Under the pieces are notes generated by a model that made no database searches, had not been told where the DNA came from, and saw only the letters and a program-made list of their open reading frames with translations. Made by a program: the position numbers and the translations under genes. Shown in pieces: positions 23,616-32,725 of a stretch of 64,000 nucleotides of DNA. The DNA comes from a virus: the IMG/VR virus record IMGVR_UViG_3300036668_000183, positions 3,511 through 67,510 of that record. One strand, written 5' to 3'. Positions within the stretch are counted from its first letter, which is position 1. Each line of letters opens with the position of its first letter.

Positions 23616-25806
23616 ATGCTGTCGACCAAATGAGTTCGGACACATTACTAGGACGCTTCCCTGGGGATGGCGAAGGTCTAACCACCGTGGTATTAGAATT
23701 GCTAACATTGTTCACAGTATTAGAACTTATGTTATTTGTTCCACCACCACCAGATTTTGCTCCTTCGGCTTGACTCTTCAACTGTTCGCTTTCATTACGG
23801 GCAACCGACATAGCCGACCCCAATTCGACTGCCCTCTTATTTTGAGGTTGATCGACCACTAGGTTAGAGGCATCTACTTGTTTCTTATATTGAGCTTCAA
23901 CCTCTGAGGGATAGTTTTTATTCCCCATCGACTTACTTAATGATATTGCCGACATTTGAATCTTGCTTAGTGACTGACCTTTAATAAAGGGTTCACCACC
24001 AATCATAAGTTCTTTGCTACTTGTCGAAGAAGACTTCGTAATAGGAGACTCTAATTCACTTTTAATAACTTTATCATAAAGGGGAGACAATGGAGTTTTG
24101 CTAATTTCTTCTTCACTAAAGCCTCTCTTTTTAAGAGCCTCTACTTTATTTATTTCAGATTCGGCTTTAATTTGCTTTTTATACTGAGACTCAATTTCAG
24201 GAGGATATTTATAATTATCCATCTGCTTTGCCATCTTAATGGCACCGAGCTGGTTTTTAGATAAGTCTTTCCCAGGGACTACAACTTCACCAGCAATCAT
24301 TGTTATATTGTTGGGGTCTAAAGATGGATTTTCTTTTACTGCGGCAGATATTTTTTCTTGTCGTGCTTTAAAATCTTCTTTTTCGCTTTTTAAAGTTTTT
24401 TTAATATATAATTGATCAGGAGAGTTATCATACTCTTCTTTAGAAACTTCTTTGCCATCTATTTTATATGTGGTTGGTTTACGACCACCCTTTGTACTAT
24501 TGGGATTTTGTGGCACAGGTTCTTGTATAGGCTCAGGAGGTAATTCTGTTCCGTCGGAATTTATACCGACAAACTTATATACTGCATCGGGTATGGCCTT
24601 AGCCGCTAAGTTATTAACCGAATACCATGGTTGACTCTTGTCGGCTATAGGTAGAGCATTTTTAAGTATTGATTTTATAAATGAGTTGATGTCAGAAACT
24701 GCTGTTGATAATGAATTACCTATACCTTTAAACGATTCAATAATTCCAGTAAATATGTCGGAAACAGCTCCAAATATACCATCAATAAATCCTTTAAATA
24801 AATCATTAAAGCTAAATGAGTCTAAGAACTTTTCTGCTTTGTCAAAACCGAGCGCACCTAATACCCATGCTCCAATATCTTTAACAACATCAAGGAACCC
24901 CAAAATAAAACCATCAAAGAATCCAGTGATAACACCTTTGAGTAGACCAATTATTCCTTCTGCTTTAAAGCCTTCCCATGCTCCCATAATTGTAGTAAAT
25001 ACTGTAATGATGGGCGCAAAGATTTTTGAGACAACCTTAAATACGCCACCAAAAACTTTAGAAAATGATTTTGAAAACTTGTTGAACATTCTTGTTATGT
25101 CGTTAAATTTATCACCAAACTTCAACACATAATTAGAAAAATCTGTTACTCCACGCATGAATCGAGTTATGCCAGTGATTGCCTCTTTAAACACTTTGGA
25201 TCGTAAAGAAAATCCTAAAAATACATCACCCATCGTTTTGAAGAATGTTACAATCTTTCCAAATGATTTTGTGAATACTGAATCAATTGAAGAAGCGCTA
25301 ATCGTAAAAATAGATTTTATTTTTGCAATGCTATCGCCAATGGTTTTTAAAAGGTTAGAAGGCGCAAAAAGTTTTACAAGATAACTTATACCTTTACCGA
25401 TGACCATCAAGTTTTTTACATAGGACGATATAGCACCTGCTACGGTACCCAAGGACACTGCTAGGATACCAGCAAAGACACCAATTCTTTGTAGGTTACC
25501 TAGCCATACCAACATATTCTTTGAGTCCATCCGAGCCTGATCACGAGGGACATTAGATTTTTTAGCCATCTCCTTAAAGGTCTCGAGAGTATCTTTTTCA
25601 TACTCCGAACGTTCTCGATCCTTCTCGATCTGAAGTAATGAATTTCCCTTCATAAAATCAGTCAACTTAGAAAAGCCTTTTTCAATGGCTTCGACCGTCA
25701 ACAATTGATAATCAAGACTATCGACCGTGAGATCTTTAATAGTCTTGAGTTTCTTGTTGGATTCCTTTAATTGATCGTTTACTTTTTCTAACGTGTCGAT
25801 AGCCAT
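23614..25806 (-). CDS. tape-measure-like / baseplate hub protein (gp29-like)
   Basis: Coiled-coil N-terminus, long amphipathic F/G-rich helices, NNISSNTVNN C-terminus; follows gp26-gp51. Confidence 0.65.
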   Translation of the reverse strand: MAIDTLEKVNDQLKESNKKLKTIKDLTVDSLDYQLLTVEAIEKGFSKLTDFMKGNSLLQIEKDRERSEYEKDTLETFKEMAKKSNVPRDQARMDSKNMLVWLGNLQRIGVFAGILAVSLGTVAGAISSYVKNLMVIGKGISYLVKLFAPSNLLKTIGDSIAKIKSIFTISASSIDSVFTKSFGKIVTFFKTMGDVFLGFSLRSKVFKEAITGITRFMRGVTDFSNYVLKFGDKFNDITRMFNKFSKSFSKVFGGVFKVVSKIFAPIITVFTTIMGAWEGFKAEGIIGLLKGVITGFFDGFILGFLDVVKDIGAWVLGALGFDKAEKFLDSFSFNDLFKGFIDGIFGAVSDIFTGIIESFKGIGNSLSTAVSDINSFIKSILKNALPIADKSQPWYSVNNLAAKAIPDAVYKFVGINSDGTELPPEPIQEPVPQNPNSTKGGRKPTTYKIDGKEVSKEEYDNSPDQLYIKKTLKSEKEDFKARQEKISAAVKENPSLDPNNITMIAGEVVVPGKDLSKNQLGAIKMAKQMDNYKYPPEIESQYKKQIKAESEINKVEALKKRGFSEEEISKTPLSPLYDKVIKSELESPITKSSSTSSKELMIGGEPFIKGQSLSKIQMSAISLSKSMGNKNYPSEVEAQYKKQVDASNLVVDQPQNKRAVELGSAMSVARNESEQLKSQAEGAKSGGGGTNNISSNTVNNVSNSNTTVVRPSPSPGKRPSNVSELIWSTA

Positions 25807-25821
25807 TGCATTTTCCTAGGA

Positions 25822-25977
25822 TTACTTTTTATTTTTTAGTCTTTCGTTTTCTTCTCGGATATAATCTACTAACAACGTCACGTACACTTCCCTTTCCCAA
25901 GGAACCATTTCATTTAACTCTGACAGACTGTACTTGTGATGTTGAAGTAAGGCAAAGTTTATTTTGTAATGGTTCAC
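25822..25977 (-). CDS. gp51: baseplate hub assembly catalyst gp51-like (51 aa from GTG)
   Basis: NHYKINFALLQHHKYSLSELNEMVPWEREVYV, read by hand; absent from ORF track. Confidence 0.8.
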   Translation of the reverse strand: MNHYKINFALLQHHKYSLSELNEMVPWEREVYVTLLVDYIREENERLKNKK

Positions 25978-25997
25978 TAGGGTGTCATGAGAAAGGG

Positions 25998-26708
25998 CTA
26001 CCCGAAAAAATTACCAAGACCCTTCACTTCTACATCATTGTGGGTTTTGCATTGAGAACAATCAAACACTGCGTGTATCTTGGCGGTTGGCATGTTCTCT
26101 ACAAATTTCTTTATTTCATTAAATTGATCAGAATTTAAAGATTCGATAAACTCTTTTAATTCTTGCTCACTCTGATCTTTGGTATCAAACAATTCATCAC
26201 CCGAATATATCGACTCGATGCATATGGTAATTAATTTAAAGATTGTATTGATTTGCGTGTCTTCGTCGGCTTCGATTTGAATTAGTTCATTTACTGTAGG
26301 GTACCTCATCATGACACCAACCGTATCGGTGAGTTTAATACGTTTGGCTAATTTGTCTTTGGGTACGTCGATCGTTAACTTTTCAAGATCTACTACAATT
26401 GGATTGCGTGTTTCGCATTCGGTACACGGTACGCTTACTTCTGTGGTCTCGCCAACAGATTTTGAACGTAGTTTCATAAACATGAACTCGAGGTCGAACA
26501 TGGTAATCTTGTCTACATTAATTACCCCATCAGTACACGAAGAGATCACGTCCTTTATGGCTCGAACCATTTGCGTTTGTTCGTTTGACTCAAGAGCCAA
26601 CATTAAGATTCTTTCTTCTTTTACTAGGTATGGTCGGTAGATTACTTTTTCACCAGTAGAAGGGAGCTTGGTTTCATATCGGGGTACGTCTAGTTTTGGC
26701 AATGCCAT
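25998..26708 (-). CDS. gp26: baseplate hub subunit / chaperone gp26-like
   Basis: LPSTG.KV.YRPYLVKEE, LRSKSVGE, CxxC x2, GL.NFF end. Confidence 0.88.
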   Translation of the reverse strand: MALPKLDVPRYETKLPSTGEKVIYRPYLVKEERILMLALESNEQTQMVRAIKDVISSCTDGVINVDKITMFDLEFMFMKLRSKSVGETTEVSVPCTECETRNPIVVDLEKLTIDVPKDKLAKRIKLTDTVGVMMRYPTVNELIQIEADEDTQINTIFKLITICIESIYSGDELFDTKDQSEQELKEFIESLNSDQFNEIKKFVENMPTAKIHAVFDCSQCKTHNDVEVKGLGNFFG

Positions 26709-26741
26709 AATGTTAATTCTCCATTTTCATAAGTTAATTAT

Positions 26742-27257
26742 TTATTCAGCCATCCAGTTGTCGTATGCAAAGGTTGCGGTACACTTGACGACGGAATTCT
26801 CGGCTTCATTTCCCAATTCGATAGATGCCAATGTTGTAGGGTAAGCATTGAAGTATGTTGCGGTTTTAGTTACTTCATCATTCACATCTAAATGTTGTAC
26901 GGTAATCTGTCGAGTATATTCTTCTTTTAAGGCAACCCTATACGTGAGTAGATTAGAGTTTACGTTTTGTATAATAGAGGACTGCCACCTTTCCAAGTAG
27001 TCCCATGCATACCAATCATTGCCCAGAATGAAAGTCATAGTAAGATCATCATTGGCAAAGGCATAGGGCTTCTTGATACCTTTCATGTCGGTGAAGTATT
27101 CTTGTGAAAGATATTGACGACCTGGCCAAAGAACCGAGTCACACATTAAATTCAAGTGAGCCTTATTTCCTCGGTCGAACATGACCTTATACCGATTGTT
27201 ACGCGCAAGTCCCTTTGAACCCCCGAACTGCGCGATCAAAGCGTCTACGTTGCTCAT
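26742..27257 (-). CDS. tail-tube-like baseplate protein (gp54/gp19 family)
   Basis: GLARNNRYKV, C....PG, NAYP...IEL, ATFAY..W; start moved to ATG 27257. Confidence 0.75.
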   Translation of the reverse strand: MSNVDALIAQFGGSKGLARNNRYKVMFDRGNKAHLNLMCDSVLWPGRQYLSQEYFTDMKGIKKPYAFANDDLTMTFILGNDWYAWDYLERWQSSIIQNVNSNLLTYRVALKEEYTRQITVQHLDVNDEVTKTATYFNAYPTTLASIELGNEAENSVVKCTATFAYDNWMAE

Positions 27258-27859
27258 TGCTTGTATTTCCTTTTGCTTTCGTTCCAAACCTGAAAACGAG
27301 ATTTCTTCTTGAATTGTTCGGTCGGTAAGAAAATTGCTGTTTCCCAATCCGAGGGGTGTACTTCTACCACTCTGGACATAATGTGTTTTGTTAGGTACCG
27401 TTTAAAACATGGCTTGAACTCTTCGAATTTTTGAGTACTCGATAATAATTCATAGGTCAAACGTAATCGAGTTCGATCATTAAACCTTCGATTCGTGGCG
27501 ACCTCCATCAACTTATCCAACAACACTGCTCGGTGCATAGGTGGTAAGTAGTGAAGATTGATACCATAGAACCCCTTAGGCGCAGGAGACACCGAAAGAA
27601 TTAGAGGAAACCTATCATAGTAAGGCATAGTATCCTTTGTCTTAGGATCATATGAGTACATGTACATTCGACCAATCAAGGGGCGATCATTTGATTTGAT
27701 TTTTAGTGAAGAGTCTTTTAAGAGTTGCAACGAGTTCATATTTCTAAGACTCTTCATTCTGCTCACAAACCAAGCGCGTGATTCTTCTGTACGCTTGGGT
27801 ATACCGTTGCGTACCATTTCTTTTTCGATCTGTCTGAATAGTGATTTTTCTTTAGCCAT
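27254..27859 (-). CDS. gp2: DNA end protector gp2
   Basis: YDPKTK..MPYYDRFPL, G.NLHYL, KPC.KRYL, W..AIFLP. Confidence 0.92.
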   Translation of the reverse strand: MAKEKSLFRQIEKEMVRNGIPKRTEESRAWFVSRMKSLRNMNSLQLLKDSSLKIKSNDRPLIGRMYMYSYDPKTKDTMPYYDRFPLILSVSPAPKGFYGINLHYLPPMHRAVLLDKLMEVATNRRFNDRTRLRLTYELLSSTQKFEEFKPCFKRYLTKHIMSRVVEVHPSDWETAIFLPTEQFKKKSRFQVWNESKRKYKQ

Positions 27860-27864
27860 ATGTT

Positions 27865-27872
27865 TATTTATA
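27865..27872 (-). promoter_or_regulatory. T4-type late promoter TATAAATA
   Basis: Exact consensus just upstream of gp2 ATG. Confidence 0.7.
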
Positions 27873-27876
27873 CAAA

Positions 27877-28320
27877 TTATTTAAGGATTTTTATTCCCAT
27901 AGATTTAAGTGTGTCTTCAGTCCAAATTACAAATTTCCATCCACGGGATTGAGCAAATTTTTGTGCCGATTCCCATTTGGATTGATTCTTTATATAGGTC
28001 AAAGATTCGGATATAAAACGTTTTGTTTTTCTGGGTGGTTTCTTGGGTGGTGATAATTCCTTTTTAGGTTTGATCTCGACAATGTACTGTTCACCCTCTA
28101 GAGTCTCAAACCAGACATCAACAAAGTATCGATGCATTCTATTATCGGTTTTGCAAAGGTAAGGAATAAAAAACTCTTCGGATGCCCAACTCTTTATCGA
28201 AGGGTTATCATCAAGCCACCGAAATGTATTTCTTTCCCAAAGAGAACGATATACGATATTGCTTGAGTCTCCCGCATACTTTTTAATATTTTTAGGAGTA
28301 AATTTACCTTTGTAGGACAT
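27877..28320 (-). CDS. gp4: head completion nuclease gp4
   Basis: YKGKF.PKN..KY.GD, YRSLWER, HRYFVD, VEIKP, NQSKW, TE. Confidence 0.93.
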   Translation of the reverse strand: MSYKGKFTPKNIKKYAGDSSNIVYRSLWERNTFRWLDDNPSIKSWASEEFFIPYLCKTDNRMHRYFVDVWFETLEGEQYIVEIKPKKELSPPKKPPRKTKRFISESLTYIKNQSKWESAQKFAQSRGWKFVIWTEDTLKSMGIKILK

Positions 28321-28327
28321 ATAAATA
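28320..28327 (+). promoter_or_regulatory. T4-type late promoter TATAAATA
   Basis: Exact consensus upstream of the baseplate operon. Confidence 0.75.
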
Positions 28328-28360
28328 ACCTTATAGAGATTTTAACATTTTAGGCTATTT

Positions 28361-29173
28361 ATGACAATTTACAGGTTCCCTTCTAGCGTCGACACAGATC
28401 GTAGACCTCATGTCTTATTCTCGACACATCGACCGAATTATTCACCTAGCGCAAATGAAGCCTTCACGGTTCCGTTGGGCGATAGCGTGGCGTTGTATTT
28501 ACCGACAAACTATTCTGTTAGTGATATTCTGAGATACGAAAATTCGTCATCTGGCGCGGCAGGGGCGGTATTCGAGTTGGCTAGTGAGAAGGGTACTCAG
28601 GTGACAGGAGAAGATGTGGCCTCGGTTGCCGAGGCGGTGGCTTTTAATAGCGCGGCGGGTATCGCGGCGGGTGCCGCGGGTTTAGCGGCTTCTCGTACAG
28701 GTATTGCAGGAACCATACTATCTGCATTAGTTACCGAGTCTGCGGCAGGGAACGTTGCCAACGAATATTCTAAGACCTATCAAAAAACTTTGAACCCACG
28801 AGAGTTTATGTTATTCAAAGCGCCAAGCATAAGACAGTTTGGCTTTAACTTTACATTCATACCTTCTAGCAAACTCGAAGCCGAATCAATTCCTGAAATT
28901 ATAAAATTCTTTCGAAAGGCTTCATACCCAGAAGGGGTGGGCCCAGCAGATATACAGTACCAATTTCCAGACGCCTTTTCGGTTAGGTTCATAAACTCGG
29001 ACGCCATGATTAAAATTCCTGCGGTCGTGTGTTATGGGACTACTGTCACCTATAACCCAAACACGATGTCATTCTTTAAATTGGACAACAACCTACCCGT
29101 CGAAATAAACCTTCAACTGTCATTTCAAGAACTTCAACCAATTAGTCGTAAAATGGTTGACCAAGGATTCTAA
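28361..29173 (+). CDS. gp48: baseplate tail-tube cap gp48-like
   Basis: NP...LFK.P..R.F.F.F.F.P....EA, L.LSFQE. Confidence 0.85.
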   Translation: MTIYRFPSSVDTDRRPHVLFSTHRPNYSPSANEAFTVPLGDSVALYLPTNYSVSDILRYENSSSGAAGAVFELASEKGTQVTGEDVASVAEAVAFNSAAGIAAGAAGLAASRTGIAGTILSALVTESAAGNVANEYSKTYQKTLNPREFMLFKAPSIRQFGFNFTFIPSSKLEAESIPEIIKFFRKASYPEGVGPADIQYQFPDAFSVRFINSDAMIKIPAVVCYGTTVTYNPNTMSFFKLDNNLPVEINLQLSFQELQPISRKMVDQGF

Positions 29174-29895
29174 TGAGTTATTTTTCGAACTTCAAAAAAA
29201 CGCCCTATACTCTAAACGAGATCGGAACCCAAGAGGTCACCGACATCTCAATGTACTCAAAGATATTTGCTCGTGTGGTCGACGACATTACTTTATATTC
29301 TTACTACACTTTTGTGAATGGTGATCGCCTAGACGTTATATCAAAAAAACTTTACGGAACACCCGAGTACTATTGGACTATACCACTAATCAACCCAGAA
29401 ATTGTAAACACATATCGAGATCTACCCAAAGAATATAATGACGATCTTATAAAATATTTGTCAGGCTTATACGAGGGCAAGGCGCTTAAGTTAGCCGAGG
29501 GTGGATCCTTGGCGGGTAAATTTAAAATCGGTGAAACTGTTTCCTTTGGTTTGTATAAGGGTACGGTTCTTGAAAAATTTCCGACACTAGGATTCATGAC
29601 CGTCAAAGAAACTTCAAACGATTCGTTTCCAACAAATCAAGTTTTTACTCTCACAGGAGAAACTTCAGGGGATACTCTAGAAATTGCAAACGTTCTTGAA
29701 CACTATCAGGCGCCACATCATTATGTTAACGATAAGGACGAATGGGTTCGATGGAATGCCGACGACATGTTGACCTATGTAAGCGTTCTAGAATATGAAA
29801 CAGAACTAAATGATGTTCGTAGTCAAATACGAGTAATTAACCCAGAAAATATTTACACTGTCGTGAATAACTTTGAACGTGAGATGAGACGATAA
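29173..29895 (+). CDS. gp53: baseplate wedge gp53
   Basis: SYFSNF, GDRLD.IS.KLYG..EYYW.I..IN (LysM-like), EYE..LND..S.IRVI. Confidence 0.88.
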   Translation: MSYFSNFKKTPYTLNEIGTQEVTDISMYSKIFARVVDDITLYSYYTFVNGDRLDVISKKLYGTPEYYWTIPLINPEIVNTYRDLPKEYNDDLIKYLSGLYEGKALKLAEGGSLAGKFKIGETVSFGLYKGTVLEKFPTLGFMTVKETSNDSFPTNQVFTLTGETSGDTLEIANVLEHYQAPHHYVNDKDEWVRWNADDMLTYVSVLEYETELNDVRSQIRVINPENIYTVVNNFEREMRR

Positions 29896-29899
29896 TACT

Positions 29900-31324
29900 A
29901 TGACACAAAATTCTGTTTCGGATCCAAACCTAGCAAAACTTTCGCCAAGAAAATTCCGTTCTCTGACCGCGTACATCACTAAGTACAATGACACGGTGGT
30001 AGAAATAACCAAAGAGATTACCGAAATTTCGATCTACGAATCCATCTATACGCCTTTCATGTATGGTGATCTTGTCATCATTGATACTTCGGCAATGCTA
30101 TCGACCTTCCCTTTTGTGGGTCAAGAAAAGCTAAGACTCATATGGGAACGAGAAGACAAAACAGTCGAGACCGAATTTTATATTACCGACATCGCAGACG
30201 TATCACAGATCAACGATTCTACTGGTACATATACTCTAAACTTTACTTCAGAAAAACAAGTACGAAATTCTTTTTGTTTATTCTCTAAGTCATATAAGGG
30301 TAATTCGGTAGACATCATAAAAAGTATTTTTAAAGAATACCTAAGAGAAGACATACAGACTTCTACCCGAGGAATGCTATCACACAATGTAGTGTTTCCA
30401 TATACTAAACCAATCTCGGCAATCAACATGGTTCAACAAACAACCCCAGCCGAGGACGGTACGCCTATGTTTGTGTACGAAACTTTGTACGGTAACCGAA
30501 CCTATTTGTCTTCGATGAAGGCAATGTTGAATCAGGCGCCCGTCATGAAAATCGAACCAAAGAATATTATCAATAGTGATAACGGTAACATGATTGTCGG
30601 TGGCATGAAGAATTACAGAAATCAAATTAATCAAATGGCAATCATAAAAGGGTATGACACACTCAGTCATATTAGTCAAGGATCGTTTGGGGCCCAGACC
30701 ATATCGGTCGACATTGGTAAACAGATGGCAGACATAACGGATTTTGATTTTAGAAAACATGCTCCACCAATATCAAAAGACTGGATCACCACATTCTTTG
30801 CCTTTGAGGATGTTCCTAATTCCGAAAACATTGCGGGGTCTAATGGTGTTCGTGTGAACGGAATACGATCAACTAAATTACATGTTCAACACAAAAACAC
30901 TTTAGCCTATGAGGATTTTCCTAATCTCAATGACGTAGAACCTAATGTCTTTGCTTCGATGAAGTCATATATGAAACGGTTAAATACTACGACCCTACAT
31001 GTCTACATGAACTCGGTTACTGAATTAGAGGCAGGGAAAACTGTTGATGTTGTTTTCCCTAGATTTTCTCCTAACCTTGAAGGCATAGATGACATAGAAG
31101 ACAAGGTCAACTCGGGTAAATATTTAATCTCGGCTATTCGTCACTATGTCAAGAACCGAGATTATAGTATGTCCCTAGAGTTGGTTCGTGACGGTATGGG
31201 TGAGACTGCGAGCTTCTATGGAAACAATAGAGTACCCAACTTTGGTGCACCACTTAGAATCAAGAAGTCCTTGTTACCCGAATTGAAAAAAAGTTTGATT
31301 GATAGAATTGGAGATTTATTTTAA
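29900..31324 (+). CDS. baseplate hub protein (gp27-like)
   Basis: ISIYESI..PFMYG...I.D, GQEK, SGKYLISAIRH; between gp53 and gp5. Confidence 0.7.
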   Translation: MTQNSVSDPNLAKLSPRKFRSLTAYITKYNDTVVEITKEITEISIYESIYTPFMYGDLVIIDTSAMLSTFPFVGQEKLRLIWEREDKTVETEFYITDIADVSQINDSTGTYTLNFTSEKQVRNSFCLFSKSYKGNSVDIIKSIFKEYLREDIQTSTRGMLSHNVVFPYTKPISAINMVQQTTPAEDGTPMFVYETLYGNRTYLSSMKAMLNQAPVMKIEPKNIINSDNGNMIVGGMKNYRNQINQMAIIKGYDTLSHISQGSFGAQTISVDIGKQMADITDFDFRKHAPPISKDWITTFFAFEDVPNSENIAGSNGVRVNGIRSTKLHVQHKNTLAYEDFPNLNDVEPNVFASMKSYMKRLNTTTLHVYMNSVTELEAGKTVDVVFPRFSPNLEGIDDIEDKVNSGKYLISAIRHYVKNRDYSMSLELVRDGMGETASFYGNNRVPNFGAPLRIKKSLLPELKKSLIDRIGDLF

Positions 31325-32712
31325 TGGCTACATCTTTTCATGTTGGTGTTGTTGAAGACCGACACGATCCCCTAACAATGGGACGTGTTCGTGTTCGTGT
31401 GTTTGGTCTTCATTCGGATGATCGAATAAATGAAGTCCCCATTGATTCACTACCATGGTCGATGGTGATGATGCCAGCCAACGTCTCAACGACCGCGAGT
31501 GGTGTGTCACAATTAGTCGAGGGTACATGGGTACTTGTAATGTACCATGATGAAAACCTACAAGATCCGATCGTGATCGGTTCCTTGCCTTCGACACAGA
31601 GTACTTCGCCACCAGATTATTCTAAAGGATTCACAGATCCCTTTGGTGTAAATCCTAAATGGAGCGATGGAACGTCCAACACTTCTTTGGCATCAAAGCC
31701 AGATACCTTTACCGAACACCCAGTGTACACGGAACGAGAGCGAACTCGGGTGCCCTCGGTACCTGCAGGGAAAAAATACAAGGCATCTACCGTGACCTCA
31801 GACTTAGCCGAGGATGAGTACAAGAGGGAAGAGTGGGGCGAGTTACCTTTACGTGGTGGACAGTCTTCGAAATATCCGTATAATTCGGTGACCGAGTTTG
31901 AGGGTGGTATGTTGGAGGAGTTCGACTCTTCGCCTGGCGCTCAACGTGTGACCCGCATGCATCCATCAGGAACCTATGACGAAATCATTGTCGACGGAAC
32001 TCGTACAATTAAAATTATGGGTGATGGATATGAACTCATCATGGGCAATAAAAACATGTATGTCAAAGGCAATTTAAATATTACCGTAGACGGAAACATG
32101 TCCCAACTAGTTAAGGGTGATTACACCCTAGAGGTCGCTGGAAACTATACCGAGACAATTGCAAAATCTAAACAGACAAAGATCATTGCAGGAAATCTTG
32201 TTACCGAAGTTCAACAAGATGTGTCGACAAATATTGGTGGCGAATATTATATTAAGTCCGCGGGTAACCATTCCTTAAACGTTGGTGGAAATAAATTAGA
32301 GCTTGTTGCAAACACATCCCAGACAAATGTCGGATCTGATAATTCTTTGTCGGTCAAGGGTAGCCATAACGTTATGGTGTCTGGCAACATGGGAGTTGTC
32401 ACAAAAGCGAATCGAATGGATATTGTGTATGGATTATACAATATTGAATCTGTGGGATTTTTAACTCTAGACACTTCTACAAACCTAATAATGAATGTCG
32501 GAATTAGTTCTACCGAAACTGTGGGCGTCACAAAGACGGTTAACGTTGGAGCTAACTTTTCTGAAATGGTTATTGGATCTAAATCAGAAGCGGTTGGGGT
32601 TTCAAAGACTGTTGATGTTGGTGGAAGTCTATCGGAATTGATTGGTGGAGCCCGAAGCGCCACTGCTACAGGTATTATCAGCTTTAATGGCTCAATCATA
32701 ACATTGAATTAA
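31324..32712 (+). CDS. gp5: baseplate central spike gp5 (no lysozyme domain)
   Basis: GVVEDRHDPL.MGRVRVRVFGLH OB fold, YPYN, EFD.SPG..R...H.SGT, V.G beta-helix repeats. Confidence 0.92.
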   Translation: MATSFHVGVVEDRHDPLTMGRVRVRVFGLHSDDRINEVPIDSLPWSMVMMPANVSTTASGVSQLVEGTWVLVMYHDENLQDPIVIGSLPSTQSTSPPDYSKGFTDPFGVNPKWSDGTSNTSLASKPDTFTEHPVYTERERTRVPSVPAGKKYKASTVTSDLAEDEYKREEWGELPLRGGQSSKYPYNSVTEFEGGMLEEFDSSPGAQRVTRMHPSGTYDEIIVDGTRTIKIMGDGYELIMGNKNMYVKGNLNITVDGNMSQLVKGDYTLEVAGNYTETIAKSKQTKIIAGNLVTEVQQDVSTNIGGEYYIKSAGNHSLNVGGNKLELVANTSQTNVGSDNSLSVKGSHNVMVSGNMGVVTKANRMDIVYGLYNIESVGFLTLDTSTNLIMNVGISSTETVGVTKTVNVGANFSEMVIGSKSEAVGVSKTVDVGGSLSELIGGARSATATGIISFNGSIITLN

Positions 32713-32725
32713 AAGAGGGTATGGT

